DNA from: Microthyrium microscopicum
Taxonomy: Eukaryota
Assembly: GCA_010405405.1 (NCBI GenBank)
Contig: MU004231.1
Location: 1,495,784-1,559,783 of the forward strand
DNA: 64,000 nt
Reading direction: 5' to 3'
Under the pieces are notes generated by a model. It searched no databases and was not told the DNA's origin. It was given only the letters and a program-made list of their open reading frames with translations. A program made the translations under genes and the position numbers. Below, piece by piece: positions 37,860 to 51,422 of the stretch (position 1 is the first letter of the stretch; every line of letters begins with the position of its first letter).

Positions 37860-38696
37860 TGTTTATTTTGGAGAGGGGGTTAGCGATTATGAGAGTATGG
37901 ATATTGACTGGTAGGGTATAAGGGGAGGAGTAGTTGGGTAATGGGTTTGGTCTGTAGAGTATGGTGCTGGGTCACGTCACTGGACGATCATGAGATGGTT
38001 ATTGTCTATATGGATATGTTGGTTTGTTATTGAAGTAGGAATTCGATGCGTGCTTTCTATACTTGGTTGTGGTATGTTGGTAGTTGGTTCGTGGCTCTCC
38101 ATCTTCGCGAAATCGGCTTCAGCAATGGCCACACATACCTTAGGTACCCATCCACGTAGCAACCGACGGACAAAATTACTGGCGTGCCCCTATTGGCTTC
38201 GCTGGATCTCATAAGCTACGTTCTATAGTCGAGTGCGTTATTACCCATTGAATACATTAAACAATAATCAGATTACTGTGTAAGATAGAGAGTAAAGCAT
38301 TCTGTTGGCATAAGCTACGATATAACATACTATAGCTAATAGGAGCGCGATAGTTATTTTGTCAACCCGTTAGGACCCTTTTCTAAATAATTTTGATAGT
38401 GTTAGCCAATTATGTATGTAGAGTTTTTATAAATGTTAGGACAAATTGTGCTTGAAAATTCAACAAAAAATCGATTCATTATTCATATTCAAAGAATTTC
38501 TTTGAAAAGACAATACAGTATATTCATAACTTTTTGTGAACAAATCAAATGTTCTTCTTTCAACCAAGGTAGTAACCAAGCCGAAGCAATTTTCCGTAGC
38601 TTTAATTGACGGAAAAGCACACAATTTTGCAAATCCCTACATCGTAGTGGGATACTTGTAAGCTCCTTCTGGTTTGAGAGCTGACAATGAATGGTT

Positions 38697-39585
38697 TTAG
38701 GCAATCGAGGAGGTAGTCTTGAGCTCGTCATCAATATCAATTTCGTTTTCCTCAAGCAATTTGACCAACTGATCGCACCGTGATTCGAGCTTCTTGTTGC
38801 GCTTCTGGACTGTAGCTTTCTGTGCAGTGACAGAAACTGCCCGAATGTTAGAAGTAGACTTGAGAGCCAAGGATACTTCGACGTCAGCCTCAAGCAACAA
38901 TCCTACAAGTTGAGCACATCGAGTCTCCAGCTTTTTCATCCGGTTGTTGGCTGCCAGACTGGCAGCTTGGGCCTTTGCAGCTCGACCTTGAGCCTGTCTT
39001 CCCTTCTCGGCGCGTTCAATCATGCTATCCATGTATGAGTTCATGTATGAGTCTGGGCCATACACTGTTGCATCGAACTTGGTGTAGCAAGATTCTCGCA
39101 CAGGCGGCGGCATTGCAAGTGCCAGTAGCTCATCAGTGGCCTCAACATTGCTTGGTCTGGCCCGTCGGCCTTCGAATGGCGTGCCTTCGCCACGGAGATA
39201 GGCTGAGAAAGCAGTCCGAAGTTGCGGCCGCTGGTTGAAAAGCTTCATGGCTTCAACCACTTCAATGAGTACCGATTCAGTCATATTCTCGAACCACATT
39301 TTGCCAAGAGTCGAATTAGCTCCATCTTTCCACTCATAATATCCCTAAATAGTGGTGCCCATCAGTTACTTTATCTTCTGGGCGGATTGGTTCACGTGCA
39401 CTCACTCTGTGGCTACCAAATCTGACATGTCGTATGACATCGATGATCTTGAACTTGTACGGAGGGTCGAAGTCGTACCAGAATATTTCTTCCATGATAG
39501 CTAGAAGCTCTTTGGTCATTACCCGTGGCTAGAGTTATGGTTAGTCCGCAAAATATCATAAAACAAGGCTGAAACTCACAGCCAT
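38697..39585 (-). CDS. Hypothetical protein with C-terminal coiled-coil
   Basis: ATGGCT, then intron 39529-39579 (GTGAGT..CTAAC..TAG) and a second GTGAGT..TAG intron at ~39345-39405, which joins the 61-aa and 200-aa ORFs in frame. Duplicated motif KKLETRCAQLVGLLLE / KKLESRCDQLVKLLEE. Confidence 0.65.
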
Positions 39586-41099
39586 GTTGAAAGCAGAGTT
39601 TCAGGCGTTAGATTTGTAGATTTGCAGCTAAGCCTTGGGCAATTCGCTAATTTTGGGAGTTCAGACGTCTTTGAGATCGAATGTGGTGAACTTGAGAGTA
39701 GAAGCTATGTGTAGAAGGTTTAAAAGTGCTGGAGAAGAAGCAAGTCTGGATATAAGTGAAGCGTGAAGCTAGCCAAGGGGTGACTACGGCTCAATCTTGA
39801 CAGAGAAACCAGATTGAAGATGAGTGAGGATTACAGAAAAGCGAGCTTGGTGACTGAAGTTTACGAGTGACTTTTGTCGGTGAGGTTTGAAGATAGGCAG
39901 AGTTTGATGATAAATGATTCTAAAGAGGAGTTGTGTTCGATGTAGTGAGGCTGCTAGACGAATACTCTATCCATAAGAAGGGTTTAGAGCTGAGCTTAGT
40001 GTTTGAAAGCTGTCTTATGAAGTATTGAAAGTTATGGAAGATGAAGAAAGAGCAGTCGCTGAGGATTCAGCAAATGCAATATTGTGTTCTGAGGCTTAAA
40101 CGTTCAACATATCCCAACAAGGAAGCAGTTGTGAGTGAGGTGAGTAGTGTGAGACCTTGCTGATCCTGATCACCAGACACTGGGAATACTTTCCTTTGAA
40201 GAGGAGAATTGGAAGTATAGTAAGATAGGTGATGAATACCAGAAGGTGATGCCATACTTGAGTTTCTGAGAAGGGAAGTTCTTGTGCCTCAAGAACTACA
40301 ACGGTGTTCGCAGGAACTCGGGATATCGAGGTTATTTTGCTGGAACCAAGACTTGCCTGAGTTATCAAGCTGGCTAAAGAAATTTTTGCTGAACACGATA
40401 GCAAATGTTACATCCTTCCGCCATTCGAAAGACATGCTGGCAGCCATCACGCATCACCGCCAAAGAGAATATGCCCTTCATTAGGTAGCCTCGAACTTAA
40501 CGGGTATTGGCAGATCGAGGTCGGTACTAGAGAGTAACTAGGGAAGCCTTGAACCGGCGCAAGTCCGTAACGATAATAAAGATGGTCATAAGATTGATGT
40601 TGCGCACTGCCAACTGGAGAGACAAGTCGTGATTCTCGCGAAGCCTAATGGAAAAGAGTTGGAATTGCTGGTCTAATCCATTTTAGGCTTAGCTTACTGC
40701 AGTGAAACCATGTTTCATGTTTCAGCCTTGCCAAACTCTCCAACTCCTTTCAGCACGATCAAGAGCCCATCATTGTTCCAAATTATTGTTTTCAGGATTC
40801 TGAGGCAATGCTTCATATGTAGAGCATACTCAAAGGAAGTTTGATATATGTTCATCGGGACAATTATCTGCTTTACTGGTCAGCAAGTACCTTGGGCGGC
40901 ATTCACACAAGTCTACCAGAACATTAAATGGAAGTCTGCCTTGGCAATAATGGTATTTAAGCACCAAATTTGCTACTCCTAACCCCTCCTACTTGCTTCG
41001 ACGTGGAACAAACAACAAACTCAACTTTAAATATCGGAGTACTACCATCGGTTGCAACTTGCCTAACTTCAACGTTGATGCTTCAGCCTGATCGAAACC

Positions 41100-42522
41100 A
41101 TGGGCAATAACGACATCAACTTGAGCCTGATCGGCGAGCTACTGCATCTTATAGAGAATGCTCCACCGGGAATAACAGCGCGCAAGCTAATGGTCGAGCA
41201 TTACCTTTCTGTAGACGCGACGGACATGGCTGCTGGTGCTATTGAAGAGCTTCATATCCTCAGTCCTCGAGATACTGAAGTCAAGTCATGGTATACCGCC
41301 TACTGCAAACCAAGCATATCCTCAAATCATGGAAATTCAATCCTCAAGAAAGAGAGTCCACCATCTGTACAGGCTGGGAAGCCAAAGCCCAAGGCAGTCC
41401 TCCCTGAAAGCACTGGGTTGGCTGGGAAGTATGCGTCCTTCAGATCCAGACTTAGCTCTCTATTTCAAAACAAGCCGAGTGCTGGAAAACATAATGGCAA
41501 ACAAAGACATTCCGCGACTATCAAGGAGGCCAAATTTATAGATACTGCCAGAAACAGACTGTCAGAAGAGAACGCAGTTGCAACAGAGACAAAAGACAAG
41601 CTCTCGAAAGTGGCTCTCGCCATGAGAGCCGATTCACCAAATGCTTTACCCATGGTCATGAAGGTTCTTGAAGACTTTATAGCTTCCTCTTCATCAACAC
41701 CAGATGAACCCACAGAAGCAGCACTCGACAAAATCCGAGATCAACTAGCTCAACAGGTCCAAATATTGAAAGCCCACTTACCACAATATTTGGCGATATA
41801 TCCGGATATTGTCTTCATGCACATGGAACATGAAAAGCTAAAGCGCAAATATGTCAATGATGAGACAATGCTAGGCGATTTAGTCTCTGATATTCCTAGG
41901 GACAAGTTCATTGCATCCGAGGATGGCTACGCTTGGGACATGGATGAACTGCAACAGGCAGTTGTGGCTCAAGATGGGGTTATGAGAAATCCACTGTCTA
42001 AACACATGTTTACACTCAGAGATATTCAACTTATCTTGCTTCATCCTTTAGGTAAGAAGCTTGGAGCTCTACAGCTTGAGCAAACTGAGTTGAAGAAAGG
42101 AGTTCGGACCCAGACAATCGAACATATGGAACGTCTGGCGTATATCTTGTTGGAAGACATGGTAGGTTTTCGTTTTCTTCCAACCTTGTGTAAGAGAAAT
42201 CTCGTATGCTAATGGGATACAGGCCGATGATGCTCTGGAATCTCGAATCGCTATTGATGAATTCTCGGCTTTTATTGCAACTCTCCCAGCATCAGAACAG
42301 CAGTCTATTGAGAAGCTTCGAGTCCCAGCCAAAGATTCTCATACAGGGCAGGCATTCGACGGGTCCATTGGGAAGACCATACGTGATGCGAAGGGGAATA
42401 AGATATGCTTTCACAAAGCTGGTAAGCAAAGTGCAAAACAATTCATCCTTTGAAACACGACTGACTCTGTTCTTTGCACAGGAGACTTTATTCGACAGGC
42501 AGCTGCTCACTTACGTCAATAG
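41100..42522 (+). CDS. Hypothetical fungal protein
   Basis: A 370-aa ORF plus introns 42162-42222 and 42422-42481 extends to ..DSHTGQAFD..ICFHKAGDFIRQAAAHLRQ*. Motif-like block SEDGYAWDMDEL..VMRNPLSKHMFT. Confidence 0.8.
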
Positions 42523-42722
42523 ATGTTATTGGTCATATGTTTGATTTTGGTAGAAATTGGGTTTACATGCAGAGCAAAATGTTATCCGCGCAACTCAGGG
42601 GGTTTGTGAGAAGATGAAATCAAAACCCACAACCTCAGATCTCGCTATGCATGAATTAAAAGAAATGATAATCTTCTGTGTCATCTTCTCAGGATCCGAC
42701 ACACCTTCCAGTAATTTTCCTG

Positions 42723-43709
42723 TTACAAATCTGCCCTGGGCTCAGTCTGTTGTGTTCTTGGTATATCTTTGGCAGGAAGTTCGTAACGAGGCACTTCAAC
42801 CTCTGCGGGAGGTAGCTCTGCGGGTGGTGTGTAGAGTTCGTTCTTGACATCTACTGGATGTGGTATCCTTTGTGCTGCTTCATCGTGTTTGGCGTAAACG
42901 GTTCCATCGAATTCCGCAGGCGTAGGATGGTTCTTCTGTCTTCGCCGTCTTCGCAGGAGAAAGAAGACACCTAGAGCAGCAAGTAGAAGCACTCCTAGTG
43001 CAACTCCTATTCCAATACCAGCAGATGCGCCAGTTGAGAGCCCGGACTTGCTCGATGCTGATTGTGATGTTGATGATGAAGAAGAAGAAGAATTTGTAGA
43101 GCCAGGACTGGAAGAAGCGGAGGTGGATGACGCGGAGTTTGATGCAGGGCCGGATGCCGAGCTGGTAGAGGATGCAGACTTTTGATCTATTAGCTCAAGA
43201 TCTTAGATAAAACCGGTTCTACTTACGGAGATGATTGTGGAAAATGCTCCATCATTTATCGCTTTGCGCGATGACACCTCCCAATGCTGTGCTGGCTGTT
43301 TTGGAGTTGCATCCGTGACCGAGGACATGAATACGGGATTTCCTGGATGGCAGTCCATGTTGTATTTTGTTCCATTTCCAACGTTCGTAATCTTATATGT
43401 GCCATCTCCCCAATCGCTAACAACCCATTTTTGACTGTCATCAGCCGTGGAAGCGATCATACATGGTTGTGTTTTCGAGGGATCAAGTTCACTCGCACTG
43501 TAGCAAACTCCTAACTGTTTGGATAATCCAGTGTTCAGGTTTCGTAGTGCATATTGGCCATTTCCTACTGGCATGAACTGCCAGAACTGTAAAGCATTTG
43601 GCCCTTCGGCACCAAAGAAAGGCGCGTTGCCGCTGAGCTGTAGAGAAGAGTTGAAATCGACGCGTGTTTCGGTTATTTGGTACCAGGCATTGCTATCCAG
43701 ACCAGACAT
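42723..43709 (-). CDS. Ricin-B-like (beta-trefoil) lectin domain + Ser-rich stalk + single TM protein
   Basis: QxW-type repeats (LQFW, SQKW, AQHW). Intron 43179-43226 joins a Ser/Thr-rich linker, a GLSTGASAGIGIGV..FFLL TM helix, an RRRRR stop-transfer and a tail with ELP motifs. Confidence 0.8.
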
Positions 43710-44626
43710 TGTTGTTAACGCTACGAGATAGTGTATACAGGTGAGAGAAAGACATGAACGAGTGAGACTTTGGGAAGCCTGGAGTGAGGACTTTGGTGAG
43801 AAGCAAAAGAGACTTGTTGGACAAGCAAGTGCACGGCCAAAGGTTCAAAGATCTGCGACGACGACCCTCATTAGAGGTGCTAACGACAGTTAGGCCAGTC
43901 AGCAACGTCAATAGCATGGTTTATGATTTGTGGCGGAGCCTTGTTGGGTGCTTGGGAGGAAAAACATGTCGAAGCCATGGCCAAAACAGTCTGATCAGTC
44001 GCGCCTTTTGGTCCTGTTTGTTGGAAATTGCAAGGAACAAATGCGATGCTTGCTCAGATCCATAAGCACTAGCTTTAGCCCCAGACGGCCCGCTCCCTGC
44101 TGCAGTGATTCGGTCAATCAAAGAGCACAGCCAAGGCCGATTTCATTTACCATGTACCACTAAAGGGGTTGGATTCCCTTTAGCAGCTGTTACAGTGCCC
44201 AGGTATGTACGTATATTTAGAAGGAGGCTTGTCCTTGTACTCCAATACACCAGTTATCTTTCGAGTTTGACACCAAACTCACTCAAAAGCCAGTAAATTT
44301 TTATGCTTCAAACAATATCTCTTCCAGCATCACGTTCCGGAATAGATACACCGTAAACTAAAGGAGCTTGCATTTCGGGTCTGATCATCCTCGGGCTGTC
44401 TACCTACGGTAGGTAGAATAGCATAGAATCGCGCCAAATCAAGTCGACCTACATCTTCATACTCTGTACTAGAGTAAGTTCCACCTGTCTGTTAGCCTGG
44501 CTGGATTCCTGGACATGCAATCAGTTTCGCAATTATGCGCGTCCTTGAGCGACATCAGACAAAAGCTTTATTTCTCAGAGTATTTCCCTTGACGGCTTGG
44601 TTTGGGCGGCTTTGTCCTCTCCTACT

Positions 44627-46581
44627 CTAAGAATTACCTCTCAAATTTCTATACCACTTGTCAGGGACCAAGTCGCCCAAGCGATGTCCTGTGGTCCCGG
44701 CCTTCCTGAAACCTTTTCGCAGCTCTCCCTTATCGCCCCAGAAGATGCGTTCATGGTCCCACTCATCTATAAACGCAATGAGCCTCTCAATATCACCATA
44801 TGTCACTGGCTGATAGCCACGAGGTCTCCAGCGAATGAGAAATTCCACAAATACTACAAGCAGGATGAAACAAACTGCCAAAGTGACCATGGGCAGAAGG
44901 GTCATAAAAGCAAAGACGTCAGTACTAAAAGCGTATCCAAAGATCCAATGTATGAAGGTTTTGAAAAAGAACAACACGCAGCATGGCCAGTTTGCGATAC
45001 CTTCGAGCACTGCTCCCCGGTTTGGATTGACGCCGACCGTCGCGGCCTTGCGCCAAATAGCTTCATCTCGCCAAACGTGGCATACGCATTCTACGAAATG
45101 CAATCCCTAACGAGTTGTCAGAGCTATTTGAATCAGTGTAGGTTGTACGGTGAGTACGTACCAAGGTGATTATGGACAGTACCAGACATTGGATAATCAA
45201 TCCAAGCCAGTCTCTACGCTTGAGGTAGGCGTCATGCGTGAATTTGATTCCCACTTGCCCGTATAACTGCCAGTACGACAACGCATCGTTATTGCCCGCA
45301 TTATACTCTACAAACTCAGACGTTGTAGTCCCAGATTTGTGAGCTATAATTCCAACTATGGCCGTCCAGACGCAGATGATAGCAGCAATAGTCCATACTA
45401 TGTTCGCTATCGACCTTACCAGAGGGGTATAGTTTGACATTGATGGCTGGATGTTGCTTGGTTGAGAAAAAGCTATTCCGGCAGCGTCGTAATGGAGCTG
45501 ATTATGATTGTTCTCATCTCGTTGTACCATCATGTAACAAGCTCGAGCCGTGCCTATTGGGTTCGCATTCCATGTGACTATCATATGTCTTGCTTCGACT
45601 AAAGTCCAAGATGCAATGGCAGATTGTATTACTATGCCGATACCAAGACCGATGAAGCCCCAGCTGTTGAAGTCGATTCCATATCGTTCCCCTGACACAT
45701 CAGTGGAGATTAGCTGGGAATGGTTGTTGGCGAGTCCTTGCACGTAGACTTGATACGTTAACACTGAGGTACCGCCATATGCCATGACAAGAGCAATTCC
45801 AGAAAATATGTTCACAGTCCAACTGGTTGGGGCGAACGACTTTGTGCTGCTGAATATACGGGGATTCGAGTTGAGATCAAGATGTCCCTTTCGAATATCA
45901 GTAAGTGGCTGTTAGAAGAAAGAAGTGCTGGTACGAGAGAACCCTTGAGCACAGAGTAGATCCACACATTATAACTATTCTAATGCTTGAATGCTGGGCG
46001 GAGAAAGTACTCACTTCGCGTCTCAGAGCCCATCTTAATGCTGTAGCCGGAATGTAGTTGATGCCATCCAATATCATCGTCAAGAAAATATTCAGAAGCA
46101 GAGCAAGGAGAATCATCGCTACTTCTGGCAGCATATATATCCTGTGACCTGCTATCCATTGTCTTGGAGGGCTGTTCGTGTGAATACTGAACGGATACCT
46201 GTTGCTACACGTTGTTAACATGTGTCCTTGCACAATATCCTATCTGGGTGGAGTCACGCACCTGCCCATAGATATCATCTTATCAGCCAATTGTGGTAGT
46301 ATGTTGACTCTTCCGGTGATGATTATTCTTGCGCCGATTGCGATGCACACAATTCCAACAACCCATCCTGTAACCAGCGCAGCCACACTCCAGTTGCGAG
46401 TAAGTAGGTCCCGATCGAGGTCGTCGATTTGTTTCTTGGCTTCCAAATCTGCATCTCTGCTTTCCGTCGAAAATGTGCGTTTCGTTGAAATCCATTGTGG
46501 ACTCTGGGGAGATGACGGCGAAAGTTGGTTGTAAGTCTGTTTGGGAACAGTCCAATCTGCTTCGTGAGTTGTGCGCAACAT
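44627..46581 (-). CDS. Multi-pass membrane hypothetical protein
   Basis: Four exons join in frame through introns 46199-46261, 45888-46014 and 45107-45161. Several hydrophobic segments and motifs LRWALRREGHLDLNSNPR and PRGYQPVTYG..IDEW..IFWGDKG..AGT. Confidence 0.8.
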
Positions 46582-48099
46582 TGTTCTACTCTCGAATCAG
46601 ACCAGTGCGCCAGTTCTGTGCAAATGCTAAATAATGAGGAGCTCAACGGCGTGAAAATGAGTAGGCAATAATTCCTCAATTCCGATGATTTCGATATCGA
46701 AACCAGCGAATATCGTGTTAGTCCTAACGCTAGTGAACCTAAAAAGAGAATAGAAAGTTGACTGGAGGCCACGAGAGATGTTTAAAAGAGAGGCATTGTT
46801 TCGCATCTATCATCTCAATCCGACCAGAAAGAGGAGGTGTTAAGCATCTTCATATGGCGTGAAGCTTGTACAGCTATGTTAGGCTCCATTGGACCTTTGA
46901 GAACCAGTAGATTCATCAGAACAGGGTAGCTCGAAATGCTGTGAAGCAGTGAGAAAAATAGAGCTTAATTCAGCTGTCTATCATTATTGCCACCATCAAG
47001 ATATCTGCCTATAGGTTTCAATGACATGGTAAAGCCAAGGGCACAAATCATTTCATCGGGTCCTCCGTCTCTTGAGTGGACAAGGAAAACAGTCAGCTAT
47101 ACATAGGAAAATTGACAGAAGTAGTATTTGTGGCAGTGCAAAATGCTTGTCCAGTGATGACCAGGTTCGACATTCCAAAAGGCACAATATAACCTGTGCC
47201 CAACCTTGGTATGTCCTCATTCCCTGTCTTCTGTGATCATCGCCTATGCACAATTAGGGGATCCGCTTACACAAAGACGCACATTGCTGGCAAAATGGCA
47301 AGGCATTTTCCACCTACTTTGTATCAGAAATTTATAGATCTTGTACCGATTGTGTGATGCCAGGTTCTCCGAACGACGAAGCTATCTCTATCGTCCCACT
47401 TGTGACAATGGGTAGAAGTTATATACGTCAGTTGAAGTCGTGCTCAAATTATCTTTCGTACGAGCTTTAGTAGACATGTATGACAGTCAATATCCGCAAC
47501 TAATCGCATTTGCATTTGATAGAGCCCGGAGAAAAGTTTAGTGGCCCTCAGTAGTTTGGAGTCACTAGTAGCTGTTCTACACTTCTACAAAACGCCTTGA
47601 AAATGAGGTTCTTCGACATGGATAATCCTTGCGGTTCGGTTCGACCGATAACGTCAGCCGCTGAGGATGACTATAGATAGCAAAAGCCTAGAGATGATCT
47701 GCAAACCCTAGTTGGCGCAACTCTTATTGGATAATGAGACAATACGACACTCGGCTTGTTTAACCACGATCGCTTAGTAGTTGACGAGATGAACATGCTT
47801 TGCGTCGCGGTAAGTGGACTCGACGATACGGGCATTTTGTGAATTCGAGGCCATGAGGCCGGGTAGCCCGCCAGGGCATTGGCGAATTATGCAACTTACG
47901 TTTATAGAGTCAAGTACCGGTATAGGCTTGACACTGGGTGTGAAGATCTCTCAAATTCGAATATTCGATCATTTACTACACTGCCACTGACACCCCAGTA
48001 CTAGTCTTGATATAAAGAGGTGCAAACTGTTCATGTGCCTACGTTGAATCTCCAAGTTCACCCATACGACGGTTTCGACTACTCTAAAACTCAATCATA

Positions 48100-48749
48100 A
48101 TGCTTCTTTCTGTGCTAGTCTCGGCCTTGATGCTCGCAGGAGCAACAACGTCCTCGAGTTTATGTATCCAAGGATGCTGCGATCAGAAGATTGACCTTTC
48201 CTCAACAGAGATCAAGCTCCATCCAATTTCAGGGAATGGGCAAATGACCACCATTGAGCTGGAATCCCCAGAGTTACAATGCTGTCCATGTCCAGTGAAG
48301 TTGGATGCCAAAGCCTCAGTAAACACAACTGGTGGAAAACCTGATCCGTAAGTCAAATCAATCTGTTAAGCCGTGGCAAAGATATTAAGCTAACATCAAT
48401 TGCCAGAATTTTCGGAACTGAGTGCGAAGAAGGGGACTGCGAGCCGTGGTGTGATTGCTCGAGACGTGGCGAGAAACGACCACCCCCAAAAAATAAGCTG
48501 CGACCTCTCTGCGAGGCTGGGAAATGTGACCAGCAAAACTGCTTATGTCGAGAAGAGATGCTCCAGGGCTTTCATGACCTGTTCTTTGGAAGTGCAGACA
48601 AGGGCGGTTCAAAGTAAGTCAAGGACATTGTCAAAGAATGGAATTCAAACTAACTACTTCTTAGGACACTTGCCTCCTGGGATGCCTTTGCTAAGAAATT
48701 TGGTCAGAAAGTAGTCGACAGTGGAACAGCTGAGAAGGAGGAGTTATAA
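48100..48749 (+). CDS. Small signal-peptide-bearing Cys-rich protein (179 aa, ends KEEL)
   Basis: TATAAA at ~48011 and signal peptide MLLSVLVSALMLAGA. Introns 48348-48406 and 48614-48664 (GTAAGT..CTAAC..AG) keep the frame. 14 Cys. Confidence 0.75.
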
Positions 48750-49400
48750 GATTCCATCACAAGAGAGGGATGTGGAAACAAGGCATGATAGTGTTTGAAA
48801 TGTATGAGAAGTAACCAAACTAGAGTTAAGAACAGATTCATTGATCAGGGTTAGATCTAAACCGGTTTTCAGCACCGATTCATGAAGCAGATCCAAAAAA
48901 TGGAAAGCATTGGATCCTTTACCAAGATTTGTATCATGATCCATTCGAGATCCAATCGCTCTGCTCTTATGCAGATTTGCAGGAAATCATGGAGCACAAT
49001 CTATCCTGGTTTTGGTCTGAAATGTAAACGATTTTAAAATATTGTTTGACTTGAGGAAGGAACTATCAAGATCACAATGGCTGCCGAAAGTGGTTTTCTT
49101 ATTATGTGAAAGCTGTGCTTATTCTTAGAGGTGGTATCTGTCGGTGTCTTGTCACTTCGGTATTGCTTAGCAAATCGCAGTATTTCACTTAAAAGTTTGT
49201 TGTGCTTGACGTTTCTCATTGATTTTACTTACCTTCCTCGCTGAAGCTACCTGCTCAGCGATCCTTCCAAACAATCCACTGTCCAGTCTCCCAACTTCAC
49301 ATCATCGCACCGCCAAATCAATAGCCAACAACAACTAAGATTGGACCAACTTATAGTTTATTCCAATAGACCCAAAGCCAACTCTCTATCTGCCCCTACA

Positions 49401-51255
49401 ATGACACTGGCGGACACAAAACTTGAACACTTTTTCCCATCTGATCTTGCGCATACGTCGACCTACCCTCGCTTTAGATCTCAACAACTTCCAACCCAGC
49501 CAATTCGAGACCTTGCGCAATCGGTTCTCAACCCTTGGAATGTAGGCTGGACTCAATCTGACTGGGACTCTAAGTGGCATGGTAAGCTTTCCTCGTACGA
49601 AAACATCCTGTCTTGCTACCCATAGCGTTTTATGGCTGCCTTTAAAAAAATACTAGGATGTGGCGCCGAAGAGACATTTGAATACTTTTCGAATTGTGTT
49701 GGCTTTGAAAACACTCTTCTAGAACCTACACTAACAATTTCTAGGTACTTATAGTCGCGATCTCTGGGATGGCCCACACTGGCAGCCAAAACCGATCAAT
49801 GAGCTGTGGCAAAAAGTGCATATAACGGTCAATTTGAATCCCTCTTTAGCCGTCCCTAATCTTCGCCAAACGTATTTGGGAAAGAATCGTGCGAATGGAA
49901 ACTTGTCGATTGTCACATACCCCCTACGACCTTCACAACACTGCGCACTCTTGCGCCTGCCTGCGGAATTGCTGGATATGATCGTCCAATGCGCCACGAT
50001 TGAACTACCAAACCATATTCCAAGGAATTTCAGCGAGTTTAAGGACAATGGAAGCTGCCAGGTGTGTCATTATTATGACGTTTCCACCGTCAAGTCCTTG
50101 GTACTCGTGTGCCATCAACTTTGGCAGTCTGCTAGCCCGTTACTGTACTTCACAATGAACCTCGCTGTTGGTTATGGATCAAGTGAGTTATCTAATATAA
50201 GTCTGCCTGAGTCAAAGCGAGTTCAGAAAGCAATAGGACTGTGCCGCGTTCTGAAACTCTCATCTTGTTCGTCGGAGGAGAATTTTTCCAAGACGATGGT
50301 GAAAGGTGGTGCACGAATGACAGTTCAGATGCAGAAGCTTTTTCAATCAGTCAAATGTGTCAAAATCGACAACACGGATTGGTCCTTTTTACAGGCTGAT
50401 AGCGTTAGCTGGGCACTTTCCCAGATGCCGCATCTTCGACACCTCGTGGGCTGCAGCCTAACATCGAGAGACGCGGATATATACTCCTGGTGGAAGGAGA
50501 ACCTTATTTTGCAGAGTCCACAACAGATTCCGGTGTTGAGCTTGATCGATTTACAGGAATCCATTGGCGTGGCGCGTATCCGCGAAGTGACGATGCCTCA
50601 TCAACAGTGGCTCACCGACCTCAACATCTCTTCCGATACTATCATTCAATGGCATGATTCCTCTTTCACATGGTCATGGTTGCCCAATCTCCAGATGTGT
50701 CGCCTAGGTTACTGTGATGTACTGACAGCCGGGGCAAGAACCATTGGGAACCTATTCTTAGGCGCACATACACACACCATTGTGCTTGATTGCGCAAAGA
50801 TGTGCCCGCTTCCCGTTCCGCTGCCATCACACCTAGTCTTACGCGACCTATTGACAATCGCCCAACAGAAGCCTGCGTTTCGGACTTTAAGAGTCGAAGA
50901 TCCTTTCAAGACCTGGGATCTTTCTGAGCTTGAAGATGAGTTTGGCAAGTGTTTCCACAGTGAATACGTGAAGCGCTGTTTGCAGTGGCAACAGCAGAAC
51001 GCTTCTTTGGATACAACGGCTCCGCTATATCTTCGCAGCTTTGAGCTTTGCGAGAATCCATTCAATGCCTTGTATCGATTGCAAAAAGATTTTGAGGGTT
51101 CAAAAGTGGCTCTGGAGTTTGGGCTTCCTTGGCTGGATGATGAGAAATGGGTGATGATGAGAAGTCTTGCTTTCGAGAAGCTGCTGAAGATGGCCTACTA
51201 TGGAATTAGATTCGAAGACCAGCATGACTATGAGTCTGAAGCTGAAGAAGAATAG
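49401..51255 (+). CDS. F-box-like protein, possibly with a degenerate LRR region
   Basis: Exon 49401-49581 and intron 49582-49744 (GTAAGC..CTAAC..TAG) join the 479-aa ORF in frame. F-box-like LLRLPAELLDMIVQC..VKSLVLVCHQLWQSASPLLY, and LRR-like segments MPHLRHL and LPNLQMCRL. Confidence 0.65.
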
Positions 51256-51422
51256 AGGTCATTAAAGCGACCAAACTGTATAAAAATGTATAACTACTCA
51301 AATCATTAGAATGAGTGCGTCAATTTCTAAAGTGCATGGCACCTGGGTATCTTTAACTTGCAAATGTAAATGCTACACACCACAACGCCAACCATGCGAC
51401 CACAAATGAAGTATGTTCAAGA

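Noticed and set aside
40050..40480. Short overlapping minus-strand ORFs
   Set aside because: No consistent gene model or motif.
47150..47240. GTGATGA (box C-like) and GGTTCGA (T-loop-like) motifs
   Set aside because: No cloverleaf and no properly placed box D with terminal stem, so no tRNA or snoRNA call. No RNA genes were recognised in the window.
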